A stretch of DNA of 63,480 bases, the filler included, from Octopus bimaculoides (taxonomy: Eukaryota), in assembly GCF_001194135.2 (NCBI RefSeq). It is 5 parts of 5 records of this genome, joined end to end, with 100 filler letters (N's around TTAATTAATTAA, not from the genome) between each part and the next. Parts side by side here need not be neighbours in the genome. Positions count along the whole stretch, not along the records: positions 22,336 to 31,909 come from NC_069001.1; positions 32,010 to 44,516 come from NC_068988.1; 3 more parts are not named here. One strand, written 5' to 3'. The stretch's first letter is position 1; the number at the start of each line of letters is the position of its first letter. This document shows, one piece after another, positions 24,107 through 35,590 of this stretch. The notes below the pieces were generated by a model. That model was not told the origin of the DNA. It searched no databases and was given only the letters and a program-made list of their open reading frames with translations. Position numbers and translations under genes: made by a program.

Positions 24107-24662
24107 TATTTACTGATATATTTTACAATATTTATAGAAACACTAGATTAACCAACAAGAGAAATGAAATGATTAATTGAATCACTAAAACCAAAGTTAT
24201 ACATGTTGCTCTGCCATACTTACCATAACAGGATTCATTGAAGGTCGAAATATCTTATATGATAACAATTTTATTGACACAGGAAAGAAGATATCACAGT
24301 ATATAACTATGGCTATATCTATATCAGTCAGATAACTTAGAACTGTGATGTTTGTAAGAAAAGTATTCTTTCTAAGTACTCATATATTTTCCATCTACTG
24401 GGAGAAAAGATACCATTAATTTATTTGACAATGTGGGTAAATAACTGAGAAATCTATTCTAATAAGTCAAAACATCCCTGTACAGTTATTATGTTAGAAT
24501 TAAAGTATGGATCTTCTATAGACTGTGTCATGTATCTTACGTATATTCTGGTTTAAATGTTATGGATGTATCCCACCAAGGGACCAATTCTGATGTTGGT
24601 TTTCATTTCTTTTATTTCTTGTACGATTCCTTCATGGTTAAACTGAATCTTAATATCAATGT

Positions 24663-25040
24663 AACATCATCATCATCATCATCGTTTAACGTCTACTTTC
24701 CCTGCTGGCATGGGTTGGACGGTTTGACTGAGGCCTGGCAAACCAGAAGGCTGCACCAGGCTCCAATCTGATCTGGCAAGGTTTCTACAGCTGAATCCCC
24801 TTCCTAATGCCAACCACTCCCAGAGTGTTGTGGGTGCTTTTTACATGGCACCGGCATGGGGGCCAGTCAGGTGACACTGGCATTGACCATGCTCGAATGG
24901 TGCTTTTTATGTGCTACCTGCACTGGCATTGGCCATGACTACGGTTTCACTTGACTCAACAGGTGTTCTCAAGCACAGCATATTGCCCCATGATTGAAGG
25001 GTACTTTTAAATGGGCCGGTTATGTGACAATGGCTACAGA
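24663..25040 (-). mobile_element. Family-4 repeat (RTE 3' tail type, (GAT)n end)
   Basis: (CAT)n-CGTTTAACGTC...TTTCTACAGCTG..CCCTTCCTAATGCCAACC with GTGCC-GGT-GGCAC-type modules. Confidence 0.75.
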
Positions 25041-26172
25041 TTATTTCCAAAGTTTAGTTCCATTTAGAAAGACAACAATGAATGTAGTCTTCTACATCAT
25101 GTGAATAATAACCAGGCCACCATACTTCATGCGGCAGCCATGTCACAATTAATGAAAGTGTTGTTTCATGACCCTTCATTATTTTACGTCCACTTTCCAT
25201 GCTCACATGGGTTTGATGAGTTGTCGAGGTCGGAGTCATCTCTTTCTTGGGGACTGCAACCACTGTAGACCAAAGCTTACATGTAACATTTGGTTTGGTT
25301 TCTACAACTAGATGCATTTCTTATTGTCAAACACTTTACAGAGTCAATTTTCCATGACCCCAACAGTAGGCAGGTTGAATAGAGGGACATCTGAACCCAT
25401 CACTTTGAGGCAATGAGAGCTGTTGGCTTTCTGTTGTGGCACCAGAACAAAAGGGTCTTGTACGGTAAAACGACAATTTAGGCAGTATTCAGGGAACTTG
25501 GCTTGTAGGCAAAAGAGGGGAAATAGAGGCAGGGGAAGGGCAACACCAACAGTAAGGCAAGAAGAACTGAGAGTACTCAATAAGGGCAGTGGTCCTCAAC
25601 TGGGGTCCAAATAAGATTTTGCTGTTAAAGCTCATCTGCAATAGATTGGTTATATTTCTACAAAATACAAAATATTTTTAACAATTTTTTTTTATATAGA
25701 ACTAATATTTATTACAGAGATGTACTTGCATAGCAAGTGACCTGATCTGAGATCGTGTGCTGAAACAAAAACAATTGCAGCATGGAAGGTGTTTAAAAGC
25801 CATTTAAAAACACAAAAACCGTTAGATTCACTTCAACATTTAAATTTAATTTGTCAAAATATTTTTGTCGCTTTGAAACAGATATGTGCATAAGATGGAC
25901 TCTCCCATTGAAGTTGCCGTACCAAATGATTTGTTTACGGGGATCAAATGTTCATTGTGCCACACATTAGCTCACTCCTTCCCATCAAATCAACATTGCC
26001 TGAACAGGTATGCACAGGTGTACCAGGCATCAGGTGTTGAAGTGATTGCAGAGCAACATAAGGTGAAGTGTTTTACTCAAGAACACACTGCCCAGTCTAG
26101 GAATTGAAACCACAATCTCACGAGTAACAACCTAATCACTAGGCCATGTGCCCTCTCTCACACACATATATA

Positions 26173-26449
26173 TATAAAATATTTTTATACACAAAGTGGA
26201 TACCATTGAGAGGACTCCTTACATGCTAAAAAGAGCAGTTAAAACCGAAACCACAAAAAAGAGAATTCATGAGGTACGCCAATTATAATACTAGAACAAA
26301 CAAAAAATAACTAATTTTTTTGTCCATTCTAGTGTTATAACGGCATGCCTCATGAATTCTCTTTTTCATGGTTTGGGTTTTAACTGGTCTTTTTAGCATG
26401 AAAGGAGTCCTGTCAATGGTCTCCTCTTTGCGTATAAAAATATTTTATA
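26173..26449. mobile_element. Almost fully palindromic ~277-bp MITE
   Basis: The arms pair along nearly the whole length, e.g. AAGAGAATTCATGAGG with CCTCATGAATTCTCTT and TATAAAATATTTTTATAC with GTATAAAAATATTTTATA. Confidence 0.85.
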
Positions 26450-26544
26450 CACCCTTGTATTTTTAAAAATATGTCTTTAATTTATGCATGCTAACCACTG
26501 GTAATAAATTATGTTAATTTATTACCCTCATATTTACGATATAT

Positions 26545-27660
26545 ATCATCATCATCATCATCATCGTTTAACGTCCACTTTCCATGCTAGCATGGGTTGG
26601 ACGATTTGACTGAGGACTGGTGAAACCGGATGGCAACACCAGGCTCCAGTCTGATTTGGCAGAGTTTCTACAGCTGGATGCCCTTCCTAACGCCAACCAC
26701 TCAGAGAGTGTAGTGGATGCTTTTACGTGTCACCCGCACGAAAACGGCCACGCTCGAAATGGTGTCTTTTATGTGCCACCCGCNNNNNNNNNNNNNNNNN
26801 NNNNNNNNNNNNNNNNNNNNNNNNNNNNNNNNNNNNNNNNNNNNNNNNNNNNNNNNNNNNNNNNNNNNNNNNNNNNNNNNNNNNNNNNNNNNNNNNNNNN
26901 NNNNNNNNNNNNNNNNNNNNNNNNNNNNNNNNNNNNNNNNNNNNNNNNNNNNNNNNNNNNNNNNNNNNNNNNNNNNNNNNNNNNNNNNNNNNNNNNNNNN
27001 NNNNNNNNNNNNNNNNNNNNNNNNNNNNNNNNNNNNNNNNNNNNNNNNNNNNNNNNNNNNNNNNNNNNNNNNNNNNNNNNNNNNNNNNNNNNNNNNNNNN
27101 NNNNNNNNNNNNNNNNNNNNNNNNNNNNNNNNNNNNNNNNNNNNNNNNNNNNNNNNNNNNNNNNNNNNNNNNNNNNNNNNNNNNNNNNNNNNNNNNNNNN
27201 NNNNNNNNNNNNNNNNNNNNNNNNNNNNNNNNNNNNNNNNNNNNNNNNNNNNNNNNNNNNNNNNNNNNNNNNNNNNNNNNNNNNNNNNNNNNNNNNNNNN
27301 NNNNNNNNTGCTTCTAATGTTCAGCTTTTCTCTCAAGATACTTACACTCTGACGGGTATTCACATTGACATTACACATCCAACGGAGCATACTGGCTTCA
27401 TTCCTTGCGAGCTTACGTATGTCCTCAGCAGTTACAGCCCATGTTTCACTGCCATGTAGCATGGTTGTTCGTACGCATGCGTCATACAGTCTGCCTTTTA
27501 CTCTGAGTGAGAGTCCCTTTGTCGCCAGCAGGGGTAAGAGCTCTCTAAACTTTGCCCAGGCTATTCTTATTCTAGCAGCTACACTTTCAGCGCACCCACC
27601 CCCACTACTAACTTGGTCGCCCAGATAGCGGAAGCTATCGACTACCTCTAGTTTTTCACC
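26545..27660 (-). mobile_element. RTE LINE 3' portion: RT C-terminus, gap, family-4 3' end with (GAT)n tail
   Basis: The minus ORF MLHGSETWAVTAEDIRKLARNEASMLRWMCNVNV...LREKL is a typical RTE post-RT region. The family-4 tail lies on the same strand across a ~525-N gap. Confidence 0.75.
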
Positions 27661-27676
27661 TATTTATAGGCACAGG

Positions 27677-28200
27677 AGAGGCTGTGTGGTAAGTAGTTTA
27701 TTTACCAACAACATGGTTCCGGGTTCAGTCCCACTGCATGGCACCTTGGGCAGGTGTCTTCTGCTATAGCCTTGGGCTGACCAAAGCTTTGTGAGTGGAT
27801 TTGGTAGATGGAAACTATATATATATATGTTTGTGTGTCTGTGTTCCCCACCATCACTTGACAACCAGTGTTAGTGTGTTTACAACCTCGTAACTTAGTA
27901 GTTCGGCAAAAGAGAGCGATAGAATAAGCACTAGGCTTACAAAGAATAAGTCCTTGGGTTGATTTGTTTGACTGAAGCCAGTGCTCCAGCATGGCCAAAG
28001 TCAAATGATTGAAACAAATGAATATATATATATATATATACACACATACAATGGGCTTCTGTCAGTTTCTGTCCACCAAACCCACCCACAAGGCTTTGGT
28101 TGGCCTGGGGCTATAGTAGAAGACACTTGCCCAAGGTGCCATGCAGTGTGATTGAACCCAAGACAGCATGATTGGGAAGCAAGCCTTTTAACTATACAGA
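27677..28200. mobile_element. Inverted (tail-to-tail) pair of family-1 SINEs
   Basis: A plus-strand copy at about 27677-28020 and a minus-strand 5' half at about 28050-28200. Confidence 0.8.
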
Positions 28201-29109
28201 CGCATTTGTGCCTATTTGGATGAAGTTTTTCCACATGCAATCTCAATGTGTTTGAGAAGTATCTATCCTGAATCAGAGAAGTGAGGGTGGTCACTTGAAG
28301 CAAGGACAGGGTTACTGTTGTGAAGAAGGTTCATGGCTCCTTCACATTTTATAGAGTTGGGCAGGAGAAAAAGCTGGAGTGGTACAAAAAAAGTGGTAAA
28401 TAAGGTGGTGATGAGGTGCCGGGGTTTACCATCATAGAAATATGTCCAAGAATGTTTTGTAATTCATTTCGCATTTGTAAATTGTTTACAGGTGTGAATC
28501 AGTTTTGGAAGAAAAAAAAAAAAGGAAAAGCTCTCCAACAAATATTAATGTTATTTGATTTAAAATTTTATAAATAAAATTTTGATTTCTATATAAAGGC
28601 AAATATTTAAGGATTCACAAAATTAAGTGATAAAATTTGACATAAATTTATTCTTTTCCTTGTATTTCTATTTACAGAGAATACTTTCCGCAAATCAGTT
28701 CAGTAACATATTCCTCCTGTTAGATTTACATAACAACCTGGCTTTTGAACAGGAATAATGTTCCACAAACTTCTCTAAGGTTTAAATTAAGTCTTGAGAT
28801 TTTCCAATTATGATTAATGAATGTATGACTAAGAAACTTGAATGACAAACATCAACAAATCTTTATTCATAGATTAATGTAGTTGCTTTAAGACTAGATC
28901 TCAGAAAACTATTCCCAAGATATTTTACAATAATAGCTGGTTTTTTCTAGTCTCTTCCTCCCTGCTGTTTGCAACAGATGAAGCCTGACTCCACACTCAA
29001 TCACTCTTCGCATTTTTCACACTGATACACTTTGTTTTCCTCAACAAGTTTATAATTCTGAAATATTTTTCTAAAAGACTTTCTCTCAAATGAGATCACT
29101 CCTACAGAC

Positions 29110-29480
29110 ATCATCATTCTAATGACCACTTTTCCATGCTTGCATGGGTCATATGGACGTAATTGAGACTGACTGTCTCTAGCTGGACGCTGTTCCAGTT
29201 GCCAACCCTCGCCTGTTTCCAAGTAAGGTAATATCCAGATATGTTTTCACAGAATATTAGAAACGAAACACACCGTTTGCATTCTGGTGACACTCGTTTG
29301 TGAGCATCACATGATGCCAGGACAAGGAGACAGGTTACACTCACACACGAGAGGTTTCTTTCAGTTTCTGTTAACCAAACCCACTCACAAGGCCTGCAAT
29401 TATAGAAGGTGGTACGCGATAGAACCGAGCCCAGAACCATTTGGTTGGGATGCAGACGTCTTACCACACAACTATGACTA
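29110..29480 (-). mobile_element. Family-1 head joined to a family-4-like tail, downstream of the ZNF2 stop codon
   Basis: Family-1 core at 29345-29480, with a CATCATCATT...CCATGCTTGCATGGG tail near 29110. Confidence 0.6.
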
Positions 29481-29548
29481 CTACTAACAAAAGAGATCAA
29501 CAGTTCAACAAGAACTGTTGCTGGATCTATTATTTGATGTTTCATAAA

Positions 29549-30433
29549 TTAAGAGGATGCTCTCTTGTGTGTAATCATGTGTTTGTTTAAGTGACTTTTA
29601 TACATAAACGATTTGCCACACGTATCACAATGATAAGGCCTTTCTCCGGTGTGGCTACGAATGTGAACTATAAGATTCGAATTGTCAAAGAATGTTTTTC
29701 CACAGATTTCGCAATAAAACGTTTTCTCGTCTCCATCATGCATTCGTTTGTGCCTTGCTAAAACACTGTTTGAGACAAAAGATTTGCCACACATTTCACA
29801 GTGGAATGGTTTTTCGCCAGTGTGTAATATTTTATGTCTTTTTAAATTACTATTGGAGAAGAAGGACTTCCCACAGATGTCACAATGGCAGGGTTTTTCT
29901 CCCGTGTGCATTCGTTTGTGGCCGGTAAGATGCGAGTTATCAATAAACGATTTACCACAGATTTCACAGTTGAATAATTTTTCTCCCGTGTGTATCCGTC
30001 TGTGTCTTGTTAACTTACCGTTACAGACAAACGACTTGCCGCATAGCTCACAACAATGAGGTTTTTCACCCGAGTGGATTCTTTTGTGATTTATTAAAAT
30101 ATTACGAGTTATAAAATATTTTCCACAAATATCACAGTGAAACGATTTGTTTCCGGTATGTATTGCTTTGTGTATTGCAAGACTGTTATCCTGAGAGAAT
30201 GATTTGCCACAGACTTGGCAATTGTATGGCTTTTCCCCAGTGTGGATTCTTATGTGTTTCGTTAAATTGCTGTTACTCACAAAAGACTTACCACATATCT
30301 CACAGTCAATATTTTTCCGTTTAGTAAGCGTTTCATTACAAAAAGGTTTCTCCTCACCGAACCTCTGTCTAATGGAATCTTTCTCGCTAAAAACAGTTGC
30401 CTGAGAAATGTCCAAATGATTCACGTTCTCCAT
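29549..30433 (-). CDS. C2H2 zinc-finger protein, 9 tandem fingers (294 aa)
   Basis: Open ORF from an ATG with nine C-x2-C-x12-H-x3-H units. Linkers are TGEKP-like and one is 6 aa (DGDEKT). Confidence 0.95.
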   Translation of the reverse strand: MENVNHLDISQATVFSEKDSIRQRFGEEKPFCNETLTKRKNIDCEICGKSFVSNSNLTKHIRIHTGEKPYNCQVCGKSFSQDNSLAIHKAIHTGNKSFHCDICGKYFITRNILINHKRIHSGEKPHCCELCGKSFVCNGKLTRHRRIHTGEKLFNCEICGKSFIDNSHLTGHKRMHTGEKPCHCDICGKSFFSNSNLKRHKILHTGEKPFHCEMCGKSFVSNSVLARHKRMHDGDEKTFYCEICGKTFFDNSNLIVHIRSHTGERPYHCDTCGKSFMYKSHLNKHMITHKRASS

Positions 30434-30626
30434 ATTAAGTCGAGAGGAATTCTTAAAATCTAAGAAATGTTTACCATGATTCAGATTCTTGTCTTGTCAA
30501 TGCACGTATATTCTCTCCTCATCACTAGAACGTTTGTTGTTGACTACGTCGTATATTGTGGTAGACAATAACATTGCTATCTCTACGTTAATAAATGTGG
30601 ATCGGGTTAAAGGATGCTGTTTAAGT

Positions 30627-30652
30627 CTATAAAAGATATACAGAAAGAGATG
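30627..30652 (-). promoter_or_regulatory. Probable splice acceptor upstream of the ZNF2 coding exon
   Basis: The minus strand reads TCTCTTTCTGTATATCTTTTATAG|, with AG at 30628-30627. Confidence 0.45.
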
Positions 30653-30954
30653 CCATGGTGAAATCTGTTCTTCTATTACAGGTTGTAACGGTCAAGTTCA
30701 GTTAGAATATATATATATATATATTAGTAAGAAAAGATATTAAAGTGTGAGACGATCGATGTCGGAAGAAAGACAACCAGAATCGATCAACGCATCAAGT
30801 GTCAGGAATAACTGAAGACTAAAAAAAGAAACATCACAAGAAAAACTCTGCGAGAACCATTTGTGCGAATCACCCGTTCCTGTCATGCGCAGAGAATTCG
30901 TACAAGGGAGATAACTCCATACCTAGGAAGAATCCTAAACTGGTTCTCCGTCGA

Positions 30955-31240
30955 CGAGTGTTCCAGTTGAATCGATCAACGGAACAGCCTGCTCGCAAAA
31001 TTAAACATGCAAGTAGCTGAAAGCTTCACAAACACCCGTAACCCTTAAGGTAGTTCTCTGGGAAATTCAGCGGGACACAGAATATGACAAGATTCGTCCT
31101 TTGAATTACAGGTACAACTCATTTTTGCCAGCCGAGTGGACTGGAACAACTCAAGCTAAAGTTCTTGCTCAAGGACATAATGCGCCGCTGGGAATGGAAC
31201 TTACGACCTGACAATCATGAACCGGACACCACTGAACCAC
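30955..31240 (-). mobile_element. Diverged family-2 SINE
   Basis: TTCCAGTTGAATCGATCAACGGAACAGCCTGCTCG tail, and a head ending ...ACTGAACCACGC. Confidence 0.7.
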
Positions 31241-31542
31241 GCATCATCACTACGAAGAACCATAGAGCATGCCAGAATGTCACGTTCACCTTAACAGAAG
31301 AGAATTCAATGAAATCAATTATAAATAATCCCAAGTAAGCAGTGTAAATCGTTTAAATTTCACCGGTGACATAAATGAAAAATCCCTTACATAATTTAAT
31401 ACGTTTGGAAGTAACTTTAATTTTATCAATTTCCTCCATTTGCATAGAACCCATGGTAAGTCGATAAAACATCACCCAGATAATTAACCCTCATTTATCA
31501 ATGAGGATGGTTGATCTACGACAGCTAAGTTTAAGATATTTT

Positions 31543-31625
31543 GGGGGCATATGGCGTAGTGGTTAAGAGCATGGGCTACTAACCCCAGGATTCCGAGATT
31601 GATTCCAAGCAGTGACCTAAATAAT
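31543..31625 (+). mobile_element. Family-5 tRNA-like SINE head only
   Basis: GGGGGCATATGGCGTAGTGGTTAAGAGC...GATTCCAAGCAGTGACC, the same head as at 40665. Confidence 0.7.
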
Positions 31626-32009
31626 AATAATTAATTCGTTTTATTAGCCACAAGGGCTAATATCAATTAAAAACATAAGGACAAAGACAGGACGAAGGTT
31701 ACAAAAGGTTTTGTCCGAAAAGGTAGGAAAGTTCGTCTAAACAGAGGAAGAAAACGGAGAAAGATATAATGAATAAATAGATAAATAAATAAGTAGAACT
31801 CCCAAAGAGGGAGGCGCTTCGAAAAAGGAAAGGTTACATGTGGAAAAACCCATAAAACCACGGGAGCCTGGTCAGAAAAAATAAGAGAAAGGGGTATAGA
31901 GCCCTTTCTNNNNNNNNNNNNNNNNNNNNNNNNNNNNNNNNNNNNNNNNNNNNTTAATTAATTAANNNNNNNNNNNNNNNNNNNNNNNNNNNNNNNNNNN
32001 NNNNNNNNN

Positions 32010-32361
32010 GGTTCCAGTTGATCCGATCAACGGAACAGCCTGCTCGTGAAATTAACGTGCAAGTGGCTGAGCACTCCACAGACACGTGTACCCTTAACGT
32101 AGTTCTCGGGGATATTCAGCGTGACGCAGTGTGACAAGGCTGGCCCTTTGAATTACAGGCACAACAGAAAGAGGAAGAAAGAGTGAGAGAAAGTTGTGGT
32201 GAAAGAGTACAGCAGGGTTCACTACCACCCCCTGCCGGAGCCTCGTAGAACTTTATGTGTTTTCGCTCAATAAACACTCACAACGCCCAGTCTGGGAATC
32301 GAAACCGCAATCCTACGACCGCGAGTCCGCTGCCCTGACCACTGGGCCATTGCGCCTCCAC
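32010..32361 (-). mobile_element. Family-2 tRNA-SINE
   Basis: Reverse complement of the element at 33879-34258. Confidence 0.9.
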
Positions 32362-33878
32362 TCACTCGACTAAAACCCAATCGATACACCAACCTGTCAC
32401 CGTCATCATTTCTGTGTTTCACTCATAACATTGCACTTAACATTTGAATGCACCAGTGGTTTAGTTGAATAAGAACATTATTATATTTAATTTAGGGGGT
32501 TCCTGGCTCGAGTCCAGTATAGGACTACACACATATCGAGTAATAAAACACCTAGTGACGACCGAAGATGAAACATATCGAGACGTATTGTAACTTTAAG
32601 CATTATAAAAATACATTCTTGAAATACAGATTAATGGTCCTAAAAAAATTATATCCTTAACAAATAAGCAAATATTCTCTTCACAAGGGAGGAAAAAGGT
32701 TTCCTCTTTCCGGCTTTGTGATAATAGTTAACTGTGACGTGTGCTTCTCTCTATACACTTACCTCGCTTGCACAAATGCAGCTCATTTGCAAGAGAACAA
32801 ATTAGAGGCTTAGAAGATTTGATCTTTGTGTGAAAGACATGTGAAGTACACAGCCTGGGAAAGACAGGTTTGGTCAACTTCCTTAGTGTCTTAGATGGAT
32901 AGTCAAAGGTAGACATGTAAAAGAAATGTTCAGCGATTTCTTCTAAAGATAACTTCATGATAATAATTCAGAGATTATCAATTTCAATTTGAATGAGTTT
33001 ACTGTTGGAAAATTGCAAAACTTTTATGAAACGCTTAAAGAGACATCAAATATTATTTCAAATCACATGGGGAGACCACTCCAGAAATTTGCATTTTGTA
33101 GATCAATATGGCTGTTTTAGTTTGTATCTGAAAAGATAGCGCTAATAAAAGATAACCAACTGTCGCATTCTAATACAGAGACCAACAGAGAATAAGTAAG
33201 TTGATATGAATATTTTTGTCAGAGTACATCATTATAATAAAATAGTTTTATGAGAGTTTAGCAAAAAGAAATGTATTGCTTAGTTACCTCGTTAACAACG
33301 AGATAAATGGAGCGTTGGATGAACGAATAAGGGATGGCGTAGTGTTCGATCATAATACGTTTGTTAACAGATCGAGTTAGACGTGACGGTCCGATGAAAA
33401 ACGGCAGAGTTATGTCAGAAAGTTATTTCCATACGGTGGTTTAGTCGGACAAGCTTTGTAGTTAGTTATCTGTCGATGAGAGGGGAGGGTGAGTGAGCAA
33501 TTGCAAAAGTCTACTGCCGTTGTGCAATTTTTAAGTTAGTAGTAGTTTCGGTCGTTTGTGTTGTGGCATCTTCATGTTGACAAATCTGGTTGTCGCGATC
33601 AGCCGATACCGAACGTCGCTCAATTTAACACATGAGTACATCCGGTCTCTGCTTTCCAGTCTGTCTCTATCTATCATTTTGTTTGTGACTCCCTTCAGAT
33701 TTGGTCTCTTTTTATACGCTCCAGAACAAATACAATTGGACAGATCTGTGGTGAAGTCATTACTCGAAAATCCGAGAATTTTTACATAGAATTTGCTGAT
33801 CGGAAACAACAAATCCTGTGTTCAATTCAAAGTAAAGAGCTGCTACGAAACTTTTTGTAATTGATATCTTGTCTCTTA

Positions 33879-34258
33879 GTGGAGGCGCAATGGCCCAGTG
33901 GTTAGGATAGCGGACTCGCGGTCATAGGATCGCGGTTTCGATTCCCAGACCGGGCGTTGTGAGTGTTTATTGAGCGAAAACACCTAAAGGCTCCACGAGG
34001 CTCCGGTAGGGGATGGTGGTGAACCCTGCTGTACTCTTTCACCACAACTTTCTCTCACTCTTACTTCCTGTTTCTGTTGTGCCTGTAATTCAAAGGGTCA
34101 GCCTTGTCACACTGTGTCACGCTGAATCTCCCCGAGAACTACGTTAAGGGTACACGTGTCTGTGGAGTACTCAGCCACTTGCACGTTAATTTCACGAGCA
34201 GGCTGTTCCGTTGATCGGATCAACTGGAACCCTCGACGTCGTAAGCGACGGAATGCCA
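33879..34258 (+). mobile_element. Full-length family-2 tRNA-SINE
   Basis: A-box TGGCCCAGTGG, B-box GGTTTCGATTCCC, body GCGTTGTGAGTGTTTATTGAGCG, and tail GTTGATCGGATCAACTGGAACCCTCGACGTCGTAA. Confidence 0.9.
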
Positions 34259-34374
34259 TTATCTTGTCTCTTGAGCTCCCCTAGCATTGTCTTCCACACT
34301 GCACCGATATCTCTTCACGCCTCTCTCATTAATATGATAACTACCACTCATAATTTACAATCTCCACTGAAATT

Positions 34375-35590
34375 ATTGACTTTAAATTTTGACACAAGGT
34401 CAGCAATTTCTGGGGAAAGGGTCGATCGATAACACCGATTCAACTGATATTTATTTTATCGAGCCCGAAAGAATGAAAGACAAAGTCGACGTCGGCGGAA
34501 TTCGAACTGAAGCATTTTTCCCGGCGTGCTAACGACTCTGCCAGCTTGCCGGTTTAATTTCCACTGAAATTATTATCTTTAACCAATTCACGTCAAAGAT
34601 ATGAATTGTGAAGAACAAAGAGAACAGTGCGAGGAGAAAGTTCCACAGTTTGTCAGAAGATAAATCTAATGATTTGAATACGTTCTTTAAAATGAACATC
34701 TACACTACGCTGCTTAAATGTTAACTAGTTAGTCCTGAAATCTGAATTGTCAGTTCTGAAGATTAATGAGAACAGTCTGTAGTCTATGAGAAGAAGAAGA
34801 AGAAGAAGAAGAAATATAGGGTGGGTTTTCATGCACAGGCGACCTTTTTTGAGAAGTGGGCTGCACGAGACATGACTCATTATCAGGCGAACCGCAATAC
34901 CAAAAAAAAAAAGAAAAAAAAAAGAAATCGAAGTAATTTTTCGTTGGCAAGCCATTTAGAAAGACCTGCAGGCTGCAGTTTACCTGTGAATGTTTTAGAT
35001 ATTGTGACCCACAATATAAAGAAACTCCGAGTGAAACCATCTTCAATAGTAGATCTTTATCCTCAGAGTCAACGAAGAAATATTTCATCAATTAATATTG
35101 ATAATAATAATAATGCTATCTAGGGGCCGGCATGTCAAAGAATAAACCAACGTTTCCTCTGCGTGTCGTAAAAGGCGATTGAAGAAATTGAGGTAGGATT
35201 TGCACTCCGACCTCCTAAAAACCCTCACCAGCAACGAGTGGTGAAAAGGTGTCATCCGCCAGGAGTAGAGAGTCACCAACAAATGATGGATGCAGCGACG
35301 CGCTGTTGCGGTGCATGCCCCAATACTACTATTACTTCAATATTGGTGATAAAAATTTCTCAGCCAACAGAAAACAAAATAATTGTTTCAAACAAGACCT
35401 GCAACGTAGGGAAATGGGGTAAGTCGATTACATCGATTCCCATACACAATTTGGTATTTATTCTATCGAACCCGGAAGGATGGGGGGAAAGGTCACCTTT
35501 GGCGGGATTTGAACTCAGAAGTAAAGAGGAACGGAATGCCGCTAAGCATTTTGCCCGACGTGCTAACAATTCTGCCAACTCGCCTCCTTA
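34375..35590 (-). mobile_element. Two family-3 SINE copies (about 34375-34555 and 35400-35590)
   Basis: GA(A/T)GAAAGACAAAGTCGAC and GGATTTGAACTCAG motifs on the plus strand, i.e. minus-strand elements. Confidence 0.75.

Noticed and set aside
29692-30404. Plus-strand ORFs overlapping ZNF2
   Set aside because: They are antisense shadows of the periodic zinc-finger codons.
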